From contig JACPKW010000004.1 in the NCBI GenBank assembly GCA_016186825.1, positions 428 through 64,427 on the forward strand: DNA of 64,000 bases, in the 5' to 3' direction. Under the pieces are notes generated by a model. That model searched no databases and had not been told where the DNA came from. It saw only the letters and a program-made list of their open reading frames with translations. Positions 1-10,169 of this stretch are shown one piece after another. The stretch comes from Candidatus Giovannonibacteria bacterium (GTDB lineage Bacteria > Patescibacteriota > Minisyncoccia > JACPKW01 > UBA11713). The stretch's first letter is position 1. Every line of letters begins with the position of its first letter. Position numbers and translations under genes: made by a program.

Positions 1-2
1 AC

Positions 3-242
3 GAAAGGGGAGATGATGAAATAAAAGACCTTGAACAAATTTTTTATGCCAAAGCGCTTTTTGTGATGGGATATCTAAACGAGCAGAGCATTTTAGAACT
101 TGGGCCGGACGAGGAGAAAGAAAAATTATCAAAAATTTTTCATGATTCGGGTTTTAAAGAAATTTTGCTGCCGCTTTCAGGCGGACTTTCTTCTTACCTC
201 GCGGACGTAATTAAAACGGGAATAGCTGCAAGCCACCTTTAG
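3..242 (+). CDS. 3' end of an unidentified protein running in from the left edge
   Basis: Open frame from position 3 to TAG at 240-242 (ERGDDEIKDL...GIAASHL*). Confidence 0.5.
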   Translation, partial: ERGDDEIKDLEQIFYAKALFVMGYLNEQSILELGPDEEKEKLSKIFHDSGFKEILLPLSGGLSSYLADVIKTGIAASHL

Positions 243-275
243 AGTTATCATTTTTTTTAAGATATAATTAAAAAA

Positions 276-2153
276 ATGGCGGATGATCCACTCGACGAAT
301 TAAGAAAGCGGCTCTACAAACAAGGAGAGTCGTTTGAAAGGAGGTTCAAGCGTCCCGGGCTTTCGCCTGACGTTCAAAAAGCTCCTTTGTCTTGGAAAGA
401 ACCGCCAGCGCTGCAACAAAACAACATGCCGGCAAAAAAGAAAAATTCGCGGAGTTATTGGTGGGGGTTAGCAATCGCTCTGGTAATTCTAATTTCCGGC
501 GTGACTTATTATTTCATAAGTTACGGAACTTTTTCCCCAAATAAAATAGATTTTAGAATCAATGCTCCCGAAAACATTGATGGCGGCGAAAAGATGACAT
601 GGGAAGTTTCCGTTTCAAATAATAATTCAAAATCGCTTGAGTCGATGGAAATAATATTTGAGTATCCCGAAGGATCTAAAATATTAGATGCGGATGCGCG
701 CGGAACGAGAACCCGGCGCGCTATCGGGTTTCTTGGCCCGGGCGAAATGTTCAAAAGCACTTTTGAGGCTTTTATTTTCGGCGAAGAAGGATCTGAAAAA
801 ACTGCGCATGCGACTTTGGAATTTAGGCCGTCCGATTCAAGCGCGGTCCTTGCAAAAGAAACGGAGTTCAGCGTGAAAATATCGCGCTCACCCATCGGCA
901 TTTCTTTTGAAATGCCAGCCGAGGTGAAATCCGGACAGGATCTCGAGCTAAAAATTAATTACACCTCTAATGCAAAAGAAAGCCTTGACGAACTGGTTTT
1001 AGCGATGGAATATCCTCCGGGGTTCAGCTTTAAAAAATCTTTTCCCGAGTCACGTGATGGCGGAAATTCATGGCTTATCAGAAATTTGCGCCCTGGACAA
1101 AGCGGAACTATCGCTCTGGCAGGGCATATCACCGGCGAAGACCTTGAAGAAAAAAGTTTTAAGGCTTCCATCGGCCTGAAAGATCGATCAAATATCTATG
1201 GAGCTTACACGCAAACTCTCAAAGTTCGGCGCCCCTTTCTTAATATTGAAGTCAAAGTTAACGGACAAAAAAGCTTAGCGGTTGACGGCGGCGACGGAAT
1301 TGATGCGGAAATTTTTTATAAGAATAATCTGCCGGTGGCGGTTGAAAATGCGACTGTGGAATTGGTATTTATTGGAAACGGGTTAAACGAAAACCAAATT
1401 AATCCAGGAGGAGGGACATACCGTCCCAGTTCGAAAAGCGTTATTTGGAATGCTTCAACGCAGGGCGGTTTAAGACTTTTAAATCCCGGAGATTCAGGCA
1501 GTTTCCGCGCCCAGTTTTCATTTCTGGATCCGCCGCCGATTAAAAATTCAGCAGACAAAAATTTCAAACTGCTTTCTGAAGCAAAAATTACGCCAGGGAA
1601 AGTTCCCGCCGGGTATGACGGCACCGATACTAGCGGAACGGACAGCGCTGAAGTGCGTCTGACTTCTTCACTCCAGCTTGTTTCGAGAGGCTTTTACTAT
1701 TCAAATATCATTCCGAATAGCGGACCAATTCCACCGCGAGTCGGAAAAGAAACAACTTTCACAATTATCTGGTCCCTCATTAATTCCTCAAATGATCTTG
1801 AAAATGTCACCGTGCGCGCTCCACTTCCTTCATATATGGCTTGGAAGGGAGTTGTTTCTCCGGCTTCGCAGGATGTAACTTACGCTACGACAACCGGAGA
1901 GATTGTCTGGAGGGTCGGCAGTCTAAAAAGCGGCATCGGTTTTATAAGCCCTGCAAAGGAAGTTGCTTTTCAGATCGCTTTTACACCTTCAGAGAGCCAT
2001 GTTGGGAGTGCGCCAATAATTCTGGACGAATCGCAGGCGCAAGCGTTTGACACTTTCGTTAGAGAAAATCTTTCAGCTTCGGCGGATTCAATAAATCTAA
2101 GTTTGCCTGACGATAACCGACTTGGCGGAGCGGATAATAGAGTGTTACCGTAA
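276..2153 (+). CDS. Membrane-anchored beta-rich (Ig-like/DUF11-type) surface protein
   Basis: One N-terminal TM helix (YWWGLAIALVILISGVTYYFI) followed by repeated beta-sandwich-like segments; TATAAT 7 nt upstream of ATG. Confidence 0.65.
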   Translation: MADDPLDELRKRLYKQGESFERRFKRPGLSPDVQKAPLSWKEPPALQQNNMPAKKKNSRSYWWGLAIALVILISGVTYYFISYGTFSPNKIDFRINAPENIDGGEKMTWEVSVSNNNSKSLESMEIIFEYPEGSKILDADARGTRTRRAIGFLGPGEMFKSTFEAFIFGEEGSEKTAHATLEFRPSDSSAVLAKETEFSVKISRSPIGISFEMPAEVKSGQDLELKINYTSNAKESLDELVLAMEYPPGFSFKKSFPESRDGGNSWLIRNLRPGQSGTIALAGHITGEDLEEKSFKASIGLKDRSNIYGAYTQTLKVRRPFLNIEVKVNGQKSLAVDGGDGIDAEIFYKNNLPVAVENATVELVFIGNGLNENQINPGGGTYRPSSKSVIWNASTQGGLRLLNPGDSGSFRAQFSFLDPPPIKNSADKNFKLLSEAKITPGKVPAGYDGTDTSGTDSAEVRLTSSLQLVSRGFYYSNIIPNSGPIPPRVGKETTFTIIWSLINSSNDLENVTVRAPLPSYMAWKGVVSPASQDVTYATTTGEIVWRVGSLKSGIGFISPAKEVAFQIAFTPSESHVGSAPIILDESQAQAFDTFVRENLSASADSINLSLPDDNRLGGADNRVLP

Positions 2154-2158
2154 GAATT

Positions 2159-3481
2159 ATGCTTGATCTAAATACGATTGTTTCTTTAGCCAAACGGCGC
2201 GGCTTTGTTTTTCCGGGTGCGGAAATTTACGGTGGGCTCGCGGGCACTTGGGATTTTGGGCCGCTCGGCGCGGAGCTTGCGCACAATATAAAAGATTTGT
2301 GGTGGAAACATTTTGTGCGCGCCCACGAAGAAAATTACGGGCTCGCATCTAGCGTTTTAATGCCGGAGGCGGCATGGAAAGTATCCGGACATGTTGAGAG
2401 CTTTACCGATCCCTTAATTGAATGCAAAAAATGCAAGCGGCGTTTTCGCGCTGATGAACTTGGCAAACTTCATCCTCCAGCCAGCGGATGTCCAGAATGC
2501 GGCGGCGCTCTGGGGGAGGCGCGGCCGTTTCAAATGATGTTCAAAACAAATATAGGAGCTGTTGATTCGGAGGAAAATACAGTTTATCTCCGTCCGGAAA
2601 TTGCGCAGGGAATGTTTGTGAATTTTAAGAACGTGCTTGACTCAATGCATCCAACACTCCCGTTCGGAATTGCGCAGATCGGGAAAGCTTTTCGAAATGA
2701 AATCGCCCCGCGCGATTTTCTTTTCCGTGTCCGCGAGTTTGATCTCATGGAATTTGAATATTTTATTCGCGAGGAGGAATGGGAAGAGCAGTTTGATCGC
2801 TGGCGGAAAGAAATTTGGGCTTGGATAGAAAAACTTGGGATCGACAAAAATTTAGTGCATGAATTGGAAGTTCCGGAAGGGGAGCGCGCGCATTACTCCG
2901 AACGAACGATTGATTTTGAATTCGATTTTCCCTTCGGAAAAAAAGAATTATATGGGATTGCGTATCGTGGTGACTACGATTTAAAACGGCACATGGAATT
3001 TTCAGGCATTGATCTTCGCTATACCGATCCGGTTTCGGGAGAAAAATTTTTGCCGCATGTGATCGAGCCGACTTTCGGACTGGGCAGGACGATTCTCGCG
3101 CTTTTATGTTCGGCTTATCGCGAGGACGAAATGAATGGAGAAAAAAGAGCTTACTTGGCATTTAAACCGGCAGTCGCTCCAATCAAAGTTGCAGTTTTCC
3201 CGCTCGTTTCGAATAAAGAAAATATTATTTCCAAAGCCCGCAAAATTTATCTCGAACTAAAAACTAATAACTATCAACTATCAACTATTGCATGGGACGA
3301 CATCGGCAACATCGGCAAACGCTATCGCAGACAGGATGAAATTGGAACTCCCTGGTGCGTAACGGTTGATTACCAAACGCTAGAAGACGGAACTGCGACT
3401 GTTCGTGACAGAGACACAGGCAAACAGGAAAGAATCAAAAATACCGAGCTGGATAAATATTTCCTCGAAAAACTTTCCTAA
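2159..3481 (+). CDS. glyQS: Glycine--tRNA ligase (homodimeric type)
   Basis: LAKRRGFVFP, YLRPEIAQG, IAQIGKAFRNEI, IGKRYRRQDEIGTP motifs. Confidence 0.96.
   Translation: MLDLNTIVSLAKRRGFVFPGAEIYGGLAGTWDFGPLGAELAHNIKDLWWKHFVRAHEENYGLASSVLMPEAAWKVSGHVESFTDPLIECKKCKRRFRADELGKLHPPASGCPECGGALGEARPFQMMFKTNIGAVDSEENTVYLRPEIAQGMFVNFKNVLDSMHPTLPFGIAQIGKAFRNEIAPRDFLFRVREFDLMEFEYFIREEEWEEQFDRWRKEIWAWIEKLGIDKNLVHELEVPEGERAHYSERTIDFEFDFPFGKKELYGIAYRGDYDLKRHMEFSGIDLRYTDPVSGEKFLPHVIEPTFGLGRTILALLCSAYREDEMNGEKRAYLAFKPAVAPIKVAVFPLVSNKENIISKARKIYLELKTNNYQLSTIAWDDIGNIGKRYRRQDEIGTPWCVTVDYQTLEDGTATVRDRDTGKQERIKNTELDKYFLEKLS
3255..3289 (+). repeat. Five tandem heptamers (AACTAWN) inside glyQS
   Basis: AACTAAA AACTAAT AACTATC AACTATC AACTATT; encodes part of ELKTNNYQLSTI. 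Confidence 0.85.
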
Positions 3482-3580
3482 CAAAACATTTCGGGATTAA
3501 CGGCCAATTCTAAGAGCTTTTCTTTTTATAATTTTTGTGTTTCAATTTAATTGAAATTACTTTACAAGGAGGGTTTTAAA

Positions 3581-3871
3581 ATGAACAAAATGAACGAGCT
3601 TCAAGAGGCGCGAAGCATACTTCGAGAGTTAGGAGTTGTCGGGGAGGGGATTTTAAAAAAGCTTCATCGAACCAAAGAAGCCCTGGTGAAAATCGTAAGT
3701 TATACACGAGATCACGGGGAACTGGGTCTTTATTCCACCCGGGCTTTGGAGGATGTCAGTGAAGTTGAGAGGTTTATGCAAAAGTTGCCGAAGAAGCTGC
3801 TAAAGGCCGAAGTCCGGGTAGGAAATCGGCTTTGCATAGAAGCAAAACTTAAGGAACTTATCCTCCGTTAG
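3581..3871 (+). CDS. Hypothetical helical protein
   Basis: AAGGAGG SD before ATG 3581; followed by a terminator. Confidence 0.7.
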   Translation: MNKMNELQEARSILRELGVVGEGILKKLHRTKEALVKIVSYTRDHGELGLYSTRALEDVSEVERFMQKLPKKLLKAEVRVGNRLCIEAKLKELILR

Positions 3872-3885
3872 GGTTTTTCCAAAAG

Positions 3886-3921
3886 ATCGGCCCTTTGCAG
3901 AAATGTGGGGGCCGATTTTTT
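3886..3921 (+). terminator. Rho-independent terminator
   Basis: ATCGGCCC/GGGCCGAT stem followed by a T tract. Confidence 0.65.
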
Positions 3922-3969
3922 ATGATAAAATTTATATATTGTTTCTGAAAAATAATTCAAGATTTTAAA

Positions 3970-5214
3970 ATGTTTGACTTCAAAAACACTTTCAGGGCGC
4001 TTCGCTCCCGCAATTTTCGTCTGTTCTTCATCGGACAGGGAGTTTCTTTAATTGGCACATGGATGCAAAGAGTTGCGATGAGCTGGCTTGTCTATCGCCT
4101 TACGGATTCTGCCTATCTTTTGGGCATTGTGGGATTTGCGAGCCACATTCCGATTTTCATTTTGGCTCCGTTCGCGGGAGTGTTGATAGACCGCTATGAT
4201 CGGAAAAAAATTCTGATGATTACGCAGACCGTGCAGATGCTCCAGGCTTTTTTGCTCGCTTATCTTTCATTGACGGGCCAGATTCAAGTTTGGCAGCTTA
4301 TTTCACTAAGTTTCGTTCTTGGTGTAGCGAGCGCTTTTGATATTCCTTCGCGGCAATCTTTTTATGTGCAAATGGTGCGCTCGAAAGACGATGTTTCGAA
4401 CGCGATTGCCCTTAATTCGACTTCATTCCACATCGCGCGCTTCGCCGGCCCTTCTCTCGCTGGACTCGCGATTGCATTTTTGGGCGAAGGGATTTGTTTT
4501 CTTTTGAACGGCTTTAGTTATGTGGTTGTAATCGCAGCTTTGCAAGCTATGAAAATAAAAGCATTGAATTTGGAAGACCGCACGAGAAAAATTTATGACG
4601 AATTCAAGGAAGGCGTCCAATATGTTGTTGAGAGCGCCGCGATAAAAAAAATCTTACTGCTCGTTGCCTCAATGAGCCTTTTCGGATCCGGATATATGAT
4701 TTTGCTTCCAATTTTTGCAAAAGATATTTTGGGCGGGGGGCCGCTTACGCTGGGGCTTTTGACTTCTTTTACCTCCGTGGGCGCGCTTGTGTCCTCTTTT
4801 TATATTGCTTCGTGGAAAAAAATTGACGGCGCTGAAAATTCCGCGATCTTTTTCGGGTTATTGTTTGGGGCGGCAATTATTTTATTTGCGTTTTCAAATC
4901 TCTTGGCTGTCTCGGTATTTTTGATTGCTTTTGCCGGTGCGGGAATGATGGGGCACAATGCCTCGATAAATTCTTTAATCCAGAACTTAACTACAGAAGA
5001 AAAGCGCGGGCGTGTCATGAGCTTATATACTTTTTCGCATCAAGGCATCATGCCCTTCGGCGAACTTCTCTTGGGATTACTTGCCGGTCTCTGGGGCGGA
5101 GGGAATGCTATCTTCTTGTCGGGAATTTTTTCAATGTTTTCGATCTTAATCTTTGGGCCTGCCTTGGTTTCGGCTCTAAAGACTCGCAAAGCGGGCATTT
5201 TGAAGGAAGCATAG
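3970..5214 (+). CDS. MFS transporter (MFS_3-like)
   Basis: FRALRSRNFRLFFIGQGVSLIGTWMQ start, motif A (GVLIDRYDRKK), about 12 TM helices. Confidence 0.9.
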   Translation: MFDFKNTFRALRSRNFRLFFIGQGVSLIGTWMQRVAMSWLVYRLTDSAYLLGIVGFASHIPIFILAPFAGVLIDRYDRKKILMITQTVQMLQAFLLAYLSLTGQIQVWQLISLSFVLGVASAFDIPSRQSFYVQMVRSKDDVSNAIALNSTSFHIARFAGPSLAGLAIAFLGEGICFLLNGFSYVVVIAALQAMKIKALNLEDRTRKIYDEFKEGVQYVVESAAIKKILLLVASMSLFGSGYMILLPIFAKDILGGGPLTLGLLTSFTSVGALVSSFYIASWKKIDGAENSAIFFGLLFGAAIILFAFSNLLAVSVFLIAFAGAGMMGHNASINSLIQNLTTEEKRGRVMSLYTFSHQGIMPFGELLLGLLAGLWGGGNAIFLSGIFSMFSILIFGPALVSALKTRKAGILKEA

Positions 5215-5344
5215 TCTTTTTAACCTGAAATTTTTGAACTCTTCCCAGAAAGCCCTGTTTTTTGGTATTCTTTTTTAAACGAAACTAAGGATGATGAGGC
5301 GACGCAGGGTTTATTATTTTATTGATTTAAGCTATTATTTTTAA

Positions 5345-6616
5345 ATGCATTTCGAAAAAAAGACTTTAAAAAACGGGCTCCGGGCAATTGTCGCGCCGAT
5401 GAAAGACACCGAGGCGGCTACGCTCTGGGTGCTTTTTGGAACCGGTTCCAAATATGAGACAAAAAATCTAAACGGCATCTCGCATTTTTTGGAGCACCTT
5501 TTTTTCAAGGGAACAAAATCGCGCCCGAAGCCCGGGCAGGTGAACCGCGAACTCGATCGCTTGGGCGCGCAATCAAACGCGTTCACCTCAAAAGAATATA
5601 CGGGCTACTATGTGAAAGCGGCCGCAAAGCATTTTGACACTGCGCTCGACATTGTTTCTGATATTTTGCTCGAGCCTTTATTTAAAAAGGAGGAAATCGA
5701 AAAAGAGCGCGGAGTTATTTTGCAGGAGATCTCAATGTATGAAGACGATCCGCGCAGACAGGCTTTTGAAATTTTTGAGGAGCTCGTTTATGGCGATCAG
5801 CCGGCGGGGTGGGATACGGCGGGCTATCCTCACACCGTAAAAAATATCCGCCGCGAGGATATTGTTAATTACAAAAACAGCCACTATTTAACTTCGAACG
5901 CAGTTGTTGTCGTTGCGGGGAATCTCGATCCGGCGCTTACGTTTTCAAAAATTGAGAATGCTTTTTCTAAAATGCCGTCCGGAAACAAGCTTGAAAAGTT
6001 GAAAGTTGTCGAAAAACAGAACGCACCGCAAGTACGCTTCAAAAAGAAAGATGTTGACCAGACGCATATTCGCCTCGGCGTCCGCGCTTATGACATGTTT
6101 GACGAGAGAAGGTATGCGATGATGGTTTTACAGACCATTCTCGGCGGCAACTGGTCGAGCCGACTTTTTATGGAACTGCGCGAAAAGCTGGGGCTGACTT
6201 ATTACGTGCGCGCTTTCTTGGAGGAATATACAGATTCTGGTTATTTAATGGCCGCCGCGGGAGTTCCGCACGGTGTTTTGCCCAAAGTTGCAAAAAAAAT
6301 AATAGCAATTTTTAAGGATGCAAAAAGCAAAGGTGTAACAGAAAAAGAAATTGGTTTTGCAAAAGAGTACTTGCGGGGATCCATGGCGCTTCAATTTGAA
6401 TCTACGGATGAAGTTGCTACTTTTCTAGCCGCTCAAGAGCTTTTCTACGAAAAAATTATGACGCCCTCGGAGATTCTAGCTAAAATTGAAGCGGTTAAAA
6501 AAGATGATATCATGAAAATATCAAAAGAGGTTTTCCGCTCCAATAAAACGAATCTGGCGGCGATCGGCCCCCACGAGGACACTGCCATTTATAAAAAAAT
6601 ATTGGCTGAGCTTTAG
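5345..6616 (+). CDS. M16 family zinc peptidase
   Basis: HFLEH (HxxEH) motif and NAFTSKEYT. Confidence 0.93.
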   Translation: MHFEKKTLKNGLRAIVAPMKDTEAATLWVLFGTGSKYETKNLNGISHFLEHLFFKGTKSRPKPGQVNRELDRLGAQSNAFTSKEYTGYYVKAAAKHFDTALDIVSDILLEPLFKKEEIEKERGVILQEISMYEDDPRRQAFEIFEELVYGDQPAGWDTAGYPHTVKNIRREDIVNYKNSHYLTSNAVVVVAGNLDPALTFSKIENAFSKMPSGNKLEKLKVVEKQNAPQVRFKKKDVDQTHIRLGVRAYDMFDERRYAMMVLQTILGGNWSSRLFMELREKLGLTYYVRAFLEEYTDSGYLMAAAGVPHGVLPKVAKKIIAIFKDAKSKGVTEKEIGFAKEYLRGSMALQFESTDEVATFLAAQELFYEKIMTPSEILAKIEAVKKDDIMKISKEVFRSNKTNLAAIGPHEDTAIYKKILAEL

Positions 6617-6624
6617 AAACTTTA

Positions 6625-7653
6625 ATGGAAAAAAGAACTCTCGAAATATCAAACGGCACAATTATCCGGTTTTTTTTAATTCTGATTGCTTTTTGGGCTT
6701 TGTACCAGTTGAGCGAAGTTATCGCAATTATATTGATGTCGGTTGTTATTGCGTCTGCGATTGAACCTGCCGCTCGGTGGCTCAAAAATTATCGAATTCC
6801 AAGAGTCTGGGGCGTGCTTGTTATTTATTTGGTTTCGTTTGCTTTTCTCGGAGTCATGTTTTATCTGGTAGTGCCGCCGCTTTTGTCGGAATCGGTTGAT
6901 TTTTTGGTTAATCTTCCAAATTATTTAAAATCAGCGAATATCAACAGCACTATTCCTTTTTGGCCGAACTTGCCGCTCGACATTTCTGGCTTCCTCTCCA
7001 ATTATGTTTCCGATTTCGAAGCATCGCTCGGAAAAGCGACTGGGAGTTTTTTGCAGGCCGCATCAGGAATTTTTGGGGGCGCACTCTCCTTCGTTTTGAT
7101 TATCGTGATTTCTTTTTATCTTGCGGTTCAGGAGCGCGGCATCGAAAATTTTCTGCGCATCGTAACGCCGAAAGATTACGAACCATATATTTTGGATCTT
7201 TGGTCGAGGACGCGGAGAAAAATTGGCTGGTGGTTGCAGGGCCAGCTTCTCTTGAGCGTGCTAGTGGGAGTTTTGGTTTTTTTGGGTCTAAGCATCTTGG
7301 GTGTTAAATATGCGCTCTCGCTTGCAATTCTTTCTGCGCTTTTCGAAATTATTCCGATCTTTGGGCCGGTAATGGCGGCAATCCCCGCAGTCGCAATCGC
7401 TTTTGTGCAAAAACCAGTCTTGGCCCTTTCGGTTTTGATTTTATACGTGATCGTTCAGCAGTTTGAAAATCATTTGATCTATCCTTTGGTTGTCAGAAAA
7501 ACAATCGGGATTCCGCCGCTCCTTGTGATTATTGGACTCCTGATCGGGGGGACGCTCGGAGGCTTTTTTGGACTTCTTCTTTCAGTTCCGATCGCGACGG
7601 TTTTGGTTGAAATTATTACTGATATAGCGCGAAAAAAAGAAATCGAACTGTAA
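6625..7653 (+). CDS. AI-2E family transporter
   Basis: Multi-TM protein with QQFENHLIYP and GLLLSVP motifs. Confidence 0.88.
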   Translation: MEKRTLEISNGTIIRFFLILIAFWALYQLSEVIAIILMSVVIASAIEPAARWLKNYRIPRVWGVLVIYLVSFAFLGVMFYLVVPPLLSESVDFLVNLPNYLKSANINSTIPFWPNLPLDISGFLSNYVSDFEASLGKATGSFLQAASGIFGGALSFVLIIVISFYLAVQERGIENFLRIVTPKDYEPYILDLWSRTRRKIGWWLQGQLLLSVLVGVLVFLGLSILGVKYALSLAILSALFEIIPIFGPVMAAIPAVAIAFVQKPVLALSVLILYVIVQQFENHLIYPLVVRKTIGIPPLLVIIGLLIGGTLGGFFGLLLSVPIATVLVEIITDIARKKEIEL

Positions 7654-7675
7654 GAACTTAAGAAAGTTAAGCAAA

Positions 7676-9247
7676 ATGAGTAAATTTTATATCACGACTC
7701 CAATTTTTTATGTAAACGCGCCGCCGCACTTGGGGCACGCTTACGCTGATATCATTGCCGATATAATCGCACGTTATCATCGCTTGAGGGGCGACGAAAC
7801 TTTTTTTTTGACGGGCACGGACGAGCACGGCGCAAAAGTTGCCCGCGCGGCGGAAAAAGCCGGAGTGGAAATTCCCAAATTTGTTGAAAGTGTCAGAGAA
7901 AATTTCCGTAAACTCGCGAGCGTGCTCAACATCTCAAACGATGATTTTATTTTTACCGCGGACGAAGAGAGGCATTTCCCGGGCGCAATCAAACTCTGGA
8001 AAAAACTTGAAGAAGCCGGTGATATCTATAAGGGAGTTTATGAAGGAATGTATTGCGTGGGACACGAAGCTTTTATCACGGAAAAAGATTTGGAAGACGG
8101 AAAATGCCCTGACCACAATGAAGCGCCGCAAATTATAAAAGAAGAAAATTATTTTTTTCGGCTTTCGAAATATACCGAGCCTTTAAAAAAAGCGGTTGAA
8201 TTCGGAGAGCTCGCCATTTTGCCAAAAAAACGTGCGCATGAACTCTCGAGTCTATTGGAGGAAGGGCTTCGTGATATAAGTTTTTCGCGCCCCTCGAAAG
8301 ATATTTCATGGGGAATTCCAGTTCCGGGCGACCAGACGCAAACAATGTATGTCTGGTGCGATGCTTTGGCTAATTATATTTCGGCGCTTGGCTATGGGCG
8401 CGAGGATGAATCAAAATTTCAGAAGTTCTGGCCGGCTGATGTCCACTTGGTCGGGAAAGACATTCTCCGTTTCCACACAGCATTCTGGCCAGCAATGCTT
8501 CTGTCCGCGGGCCTTCCTTTGCCGAAAACAATTCTTGTCCACGGCCTTGTTCGCGTGGGTGGGCGCAAAATGTCAAAAACACTCGGCAATGTTGTTGATC
8601 CATTTGAGATTGTAAAGAATTACGGCGCGGATGCCTTTCGGTACTATTTATCGCGCGAGGTTGGCTTGTTTGAAGACGGCGAGTTCACAGAAGAAAAGTT
8701 CGCGGCGGCTTACGAAGGGAATTTAGTTAAAGGAGTCGGTAATTATGTGCGCCGTGTCTCTACTATGATAGAAAGTTATTTTGCGGGGTCTCTCGGCGAG
8801 ATAGGCGAAGAGCGTGTCGCGGCAGTGCCGCTTCGCAAAGGCTCGCTTGATTTTTTAAATATTGAGAAAAAAAGCGACTCCGAAATCGAATTTTTTTCAA
8901 TCCCGTATTTTGTTAACGAAATTTTATGGAAAAAATACGTGGAAGCTTTCGCTTCTTATGAAGTAAACCGCGCCGCTGACATCGCATTCGGATTCTTGAA
9001 AGAGCTCGACAGTTATGTCGATGACTACAAGCCTTTTAAACTGATCGAAACCGATAAAGAAAAGGCTGAAGCGGTTTTATGGAGCCTTTCATATGGCGCA
9101 CTTGCGCTTGCCAAAATGCTTTATCCTTTTATGCCCGCTACATCGGAGGAAATTTTGAAAATTTACGGCGTTGAAAGTTTTGACCAGAATAGCTGGAAAA
9201 CATTTAAAGTTTCTAAACACGCGCAATTATTTCCGAAAAAGGAATGA
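7676..9247 (+). CDS. metG: Methionine--tRNA ligase
   Basis: FYITTPIFYVNAPPHLGH, YVWCDAL, KMSKTLGN. Confidence 0.96.
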   Translation: MSKFYITTPIFYVNAPPHLGHAYADIIADIIARYHRLRGDETFFLTGTDEHGAKVARAAEKAGVEIPKFVESVRENFRKLASVLNISNDDFIFTADEERHFPGAIKLWKKLEEAGDIYKGVYEGMYCVGHEAFITEKDLEDGKCPDHNEAPQIIKEENYFFRLSKYTEPLKKAVEFGELAILPKKRAHELSSLLEEGLRDISFSRPSKDISWGIPVPGDQTQTMYVWCDALANYISALGYGREDESKFQKFWPADVHLVGKDILRFHTAFWPAMLLSAGLPLPKTILVHGLVRVGGRKMSKTLGNVVDPFEIVKNYGADAFRYYLSREVGLFEDGEFTEEKFAAAYEGNLVKGVGNYVRRVSTMIESYFAGSLGEIGEERVAAVPLRKGSLDFLNIEKKSDSEIEFFSIPYFVNEILWKKYVEAFASYEVNRAADIAFGFLKELDSYVDDYKPFKLIETDKEKAEAVLWSLSYGALALAKMLYPFMPATSEEILKIYGVESFDQNSWKTFKVSKHAQLFPKKE

Positions 9248-10083
9248 GATTTTTTGACGTTCACACGCATCTGCAATTTGCAGCCTATGACTCGGATCGC
9301 GCAGAGGTGATTTCAAGAACGCTTGAAAGCGGAGTTTTCGCAGTTAACATCGGAACGCAAATAGATACATCAAAAAGCGCTCTAACGCTTTCAAAAAAAT
9401 ATGATGGCATGTGGGCTGCGGTCGGACTGCACCCCATTCACACAGAAAAATCATTTCATGATGCCGATGAGCTTGGCGGAGGAGAAGTGGCGAAAGAATT
9501 TACAAGCCGCGGAGAAATTTTCGAATATGAAACGTATAAAAAACTCGCGAGCGACTCCAAAGCGGTGGCGATAGGCGAGTGCGGCCTCGATTATTATCGG
9601 CTCGAGGAAAAAACAAAAATTCTTCAGCGCGATATATTTGAAAAACAGATCGAACTCGCGCGAGAGTTAAAAAAGCCGCTGATGATCCACTGCCGTGAAG
9701 CTTTCTTGGATCTAATCTCGATATTAAAGTCAAAAAAAACCGATTTCAGCGCTCCTGGAGGTCCGGGCATCGTTCATTTCTTTTCCGGCAGTTTGGACGA
9801 TGCAAAAAAACTGCTGGATTTAGGATTTTCCTTCTCTTTCGGCGGAGTAGTAACTTTCGCCCGAAGTTATGATGAACAAATCAATTATATTCCGCTTGAA
9901 CGCATGCTTCTGGAGACGGACGCGCCTTATGTCGCCCCAGTTCCTTACCGCGGAAAGCGAAACGAGCCAAGCTTCATAATAGAAACGGCTACGAAATTGG
10001 CGGAACTGAAAAAAGTGAGCCTCGAAGAATTATCAGAAACAACTTTCACAAACGCCGCGAAAGTTTTTTCAATAAGTTTGTAA
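9244..10083 (+). CDS. tatD: TatD family hydrolase
   Basis: DVHTH, AIGECGLDYY, LLETDAPY. Confidence 0.93.
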   Translation: MRFFDVHTHLQFAAYDSDRAEVISRTLESGVFAVNIGTQIDTSKSALTLSKKYDGMWAAVGLHPIHTEKSFHDADELGGGEVAKEFTSRGEIFEYETYKKLASDSKAVAIGECGLDYYRLEEKTKILQRDIFEKQIELARELKKPLMIHCREAFLDLISILKSKKTDFSAPGGPGIVHFFSGSLDDAKKLLDLGFSFSFGGVVTFARSYDEQINYIPLERMLLETDAPYVAPVPYRGKRNEPSFIIETATKLAELKKVSLEELSETTFTNAAKVFSISL

Positions 10084-10169
10084 GAAATTACTGCTTTTTG
10101 CAGTCATAAGTAGGTAATCAAAAAACCTTTCTTTAACAACAGCACTTCTAATTGATAGGGGGTGAAATT

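Noticed and set aside
10084-10169. glmS ribozyme upstream of glmS
   Set aside because: The gap is only about 85 nt and AT-rich, with no recognisable ribozyme core
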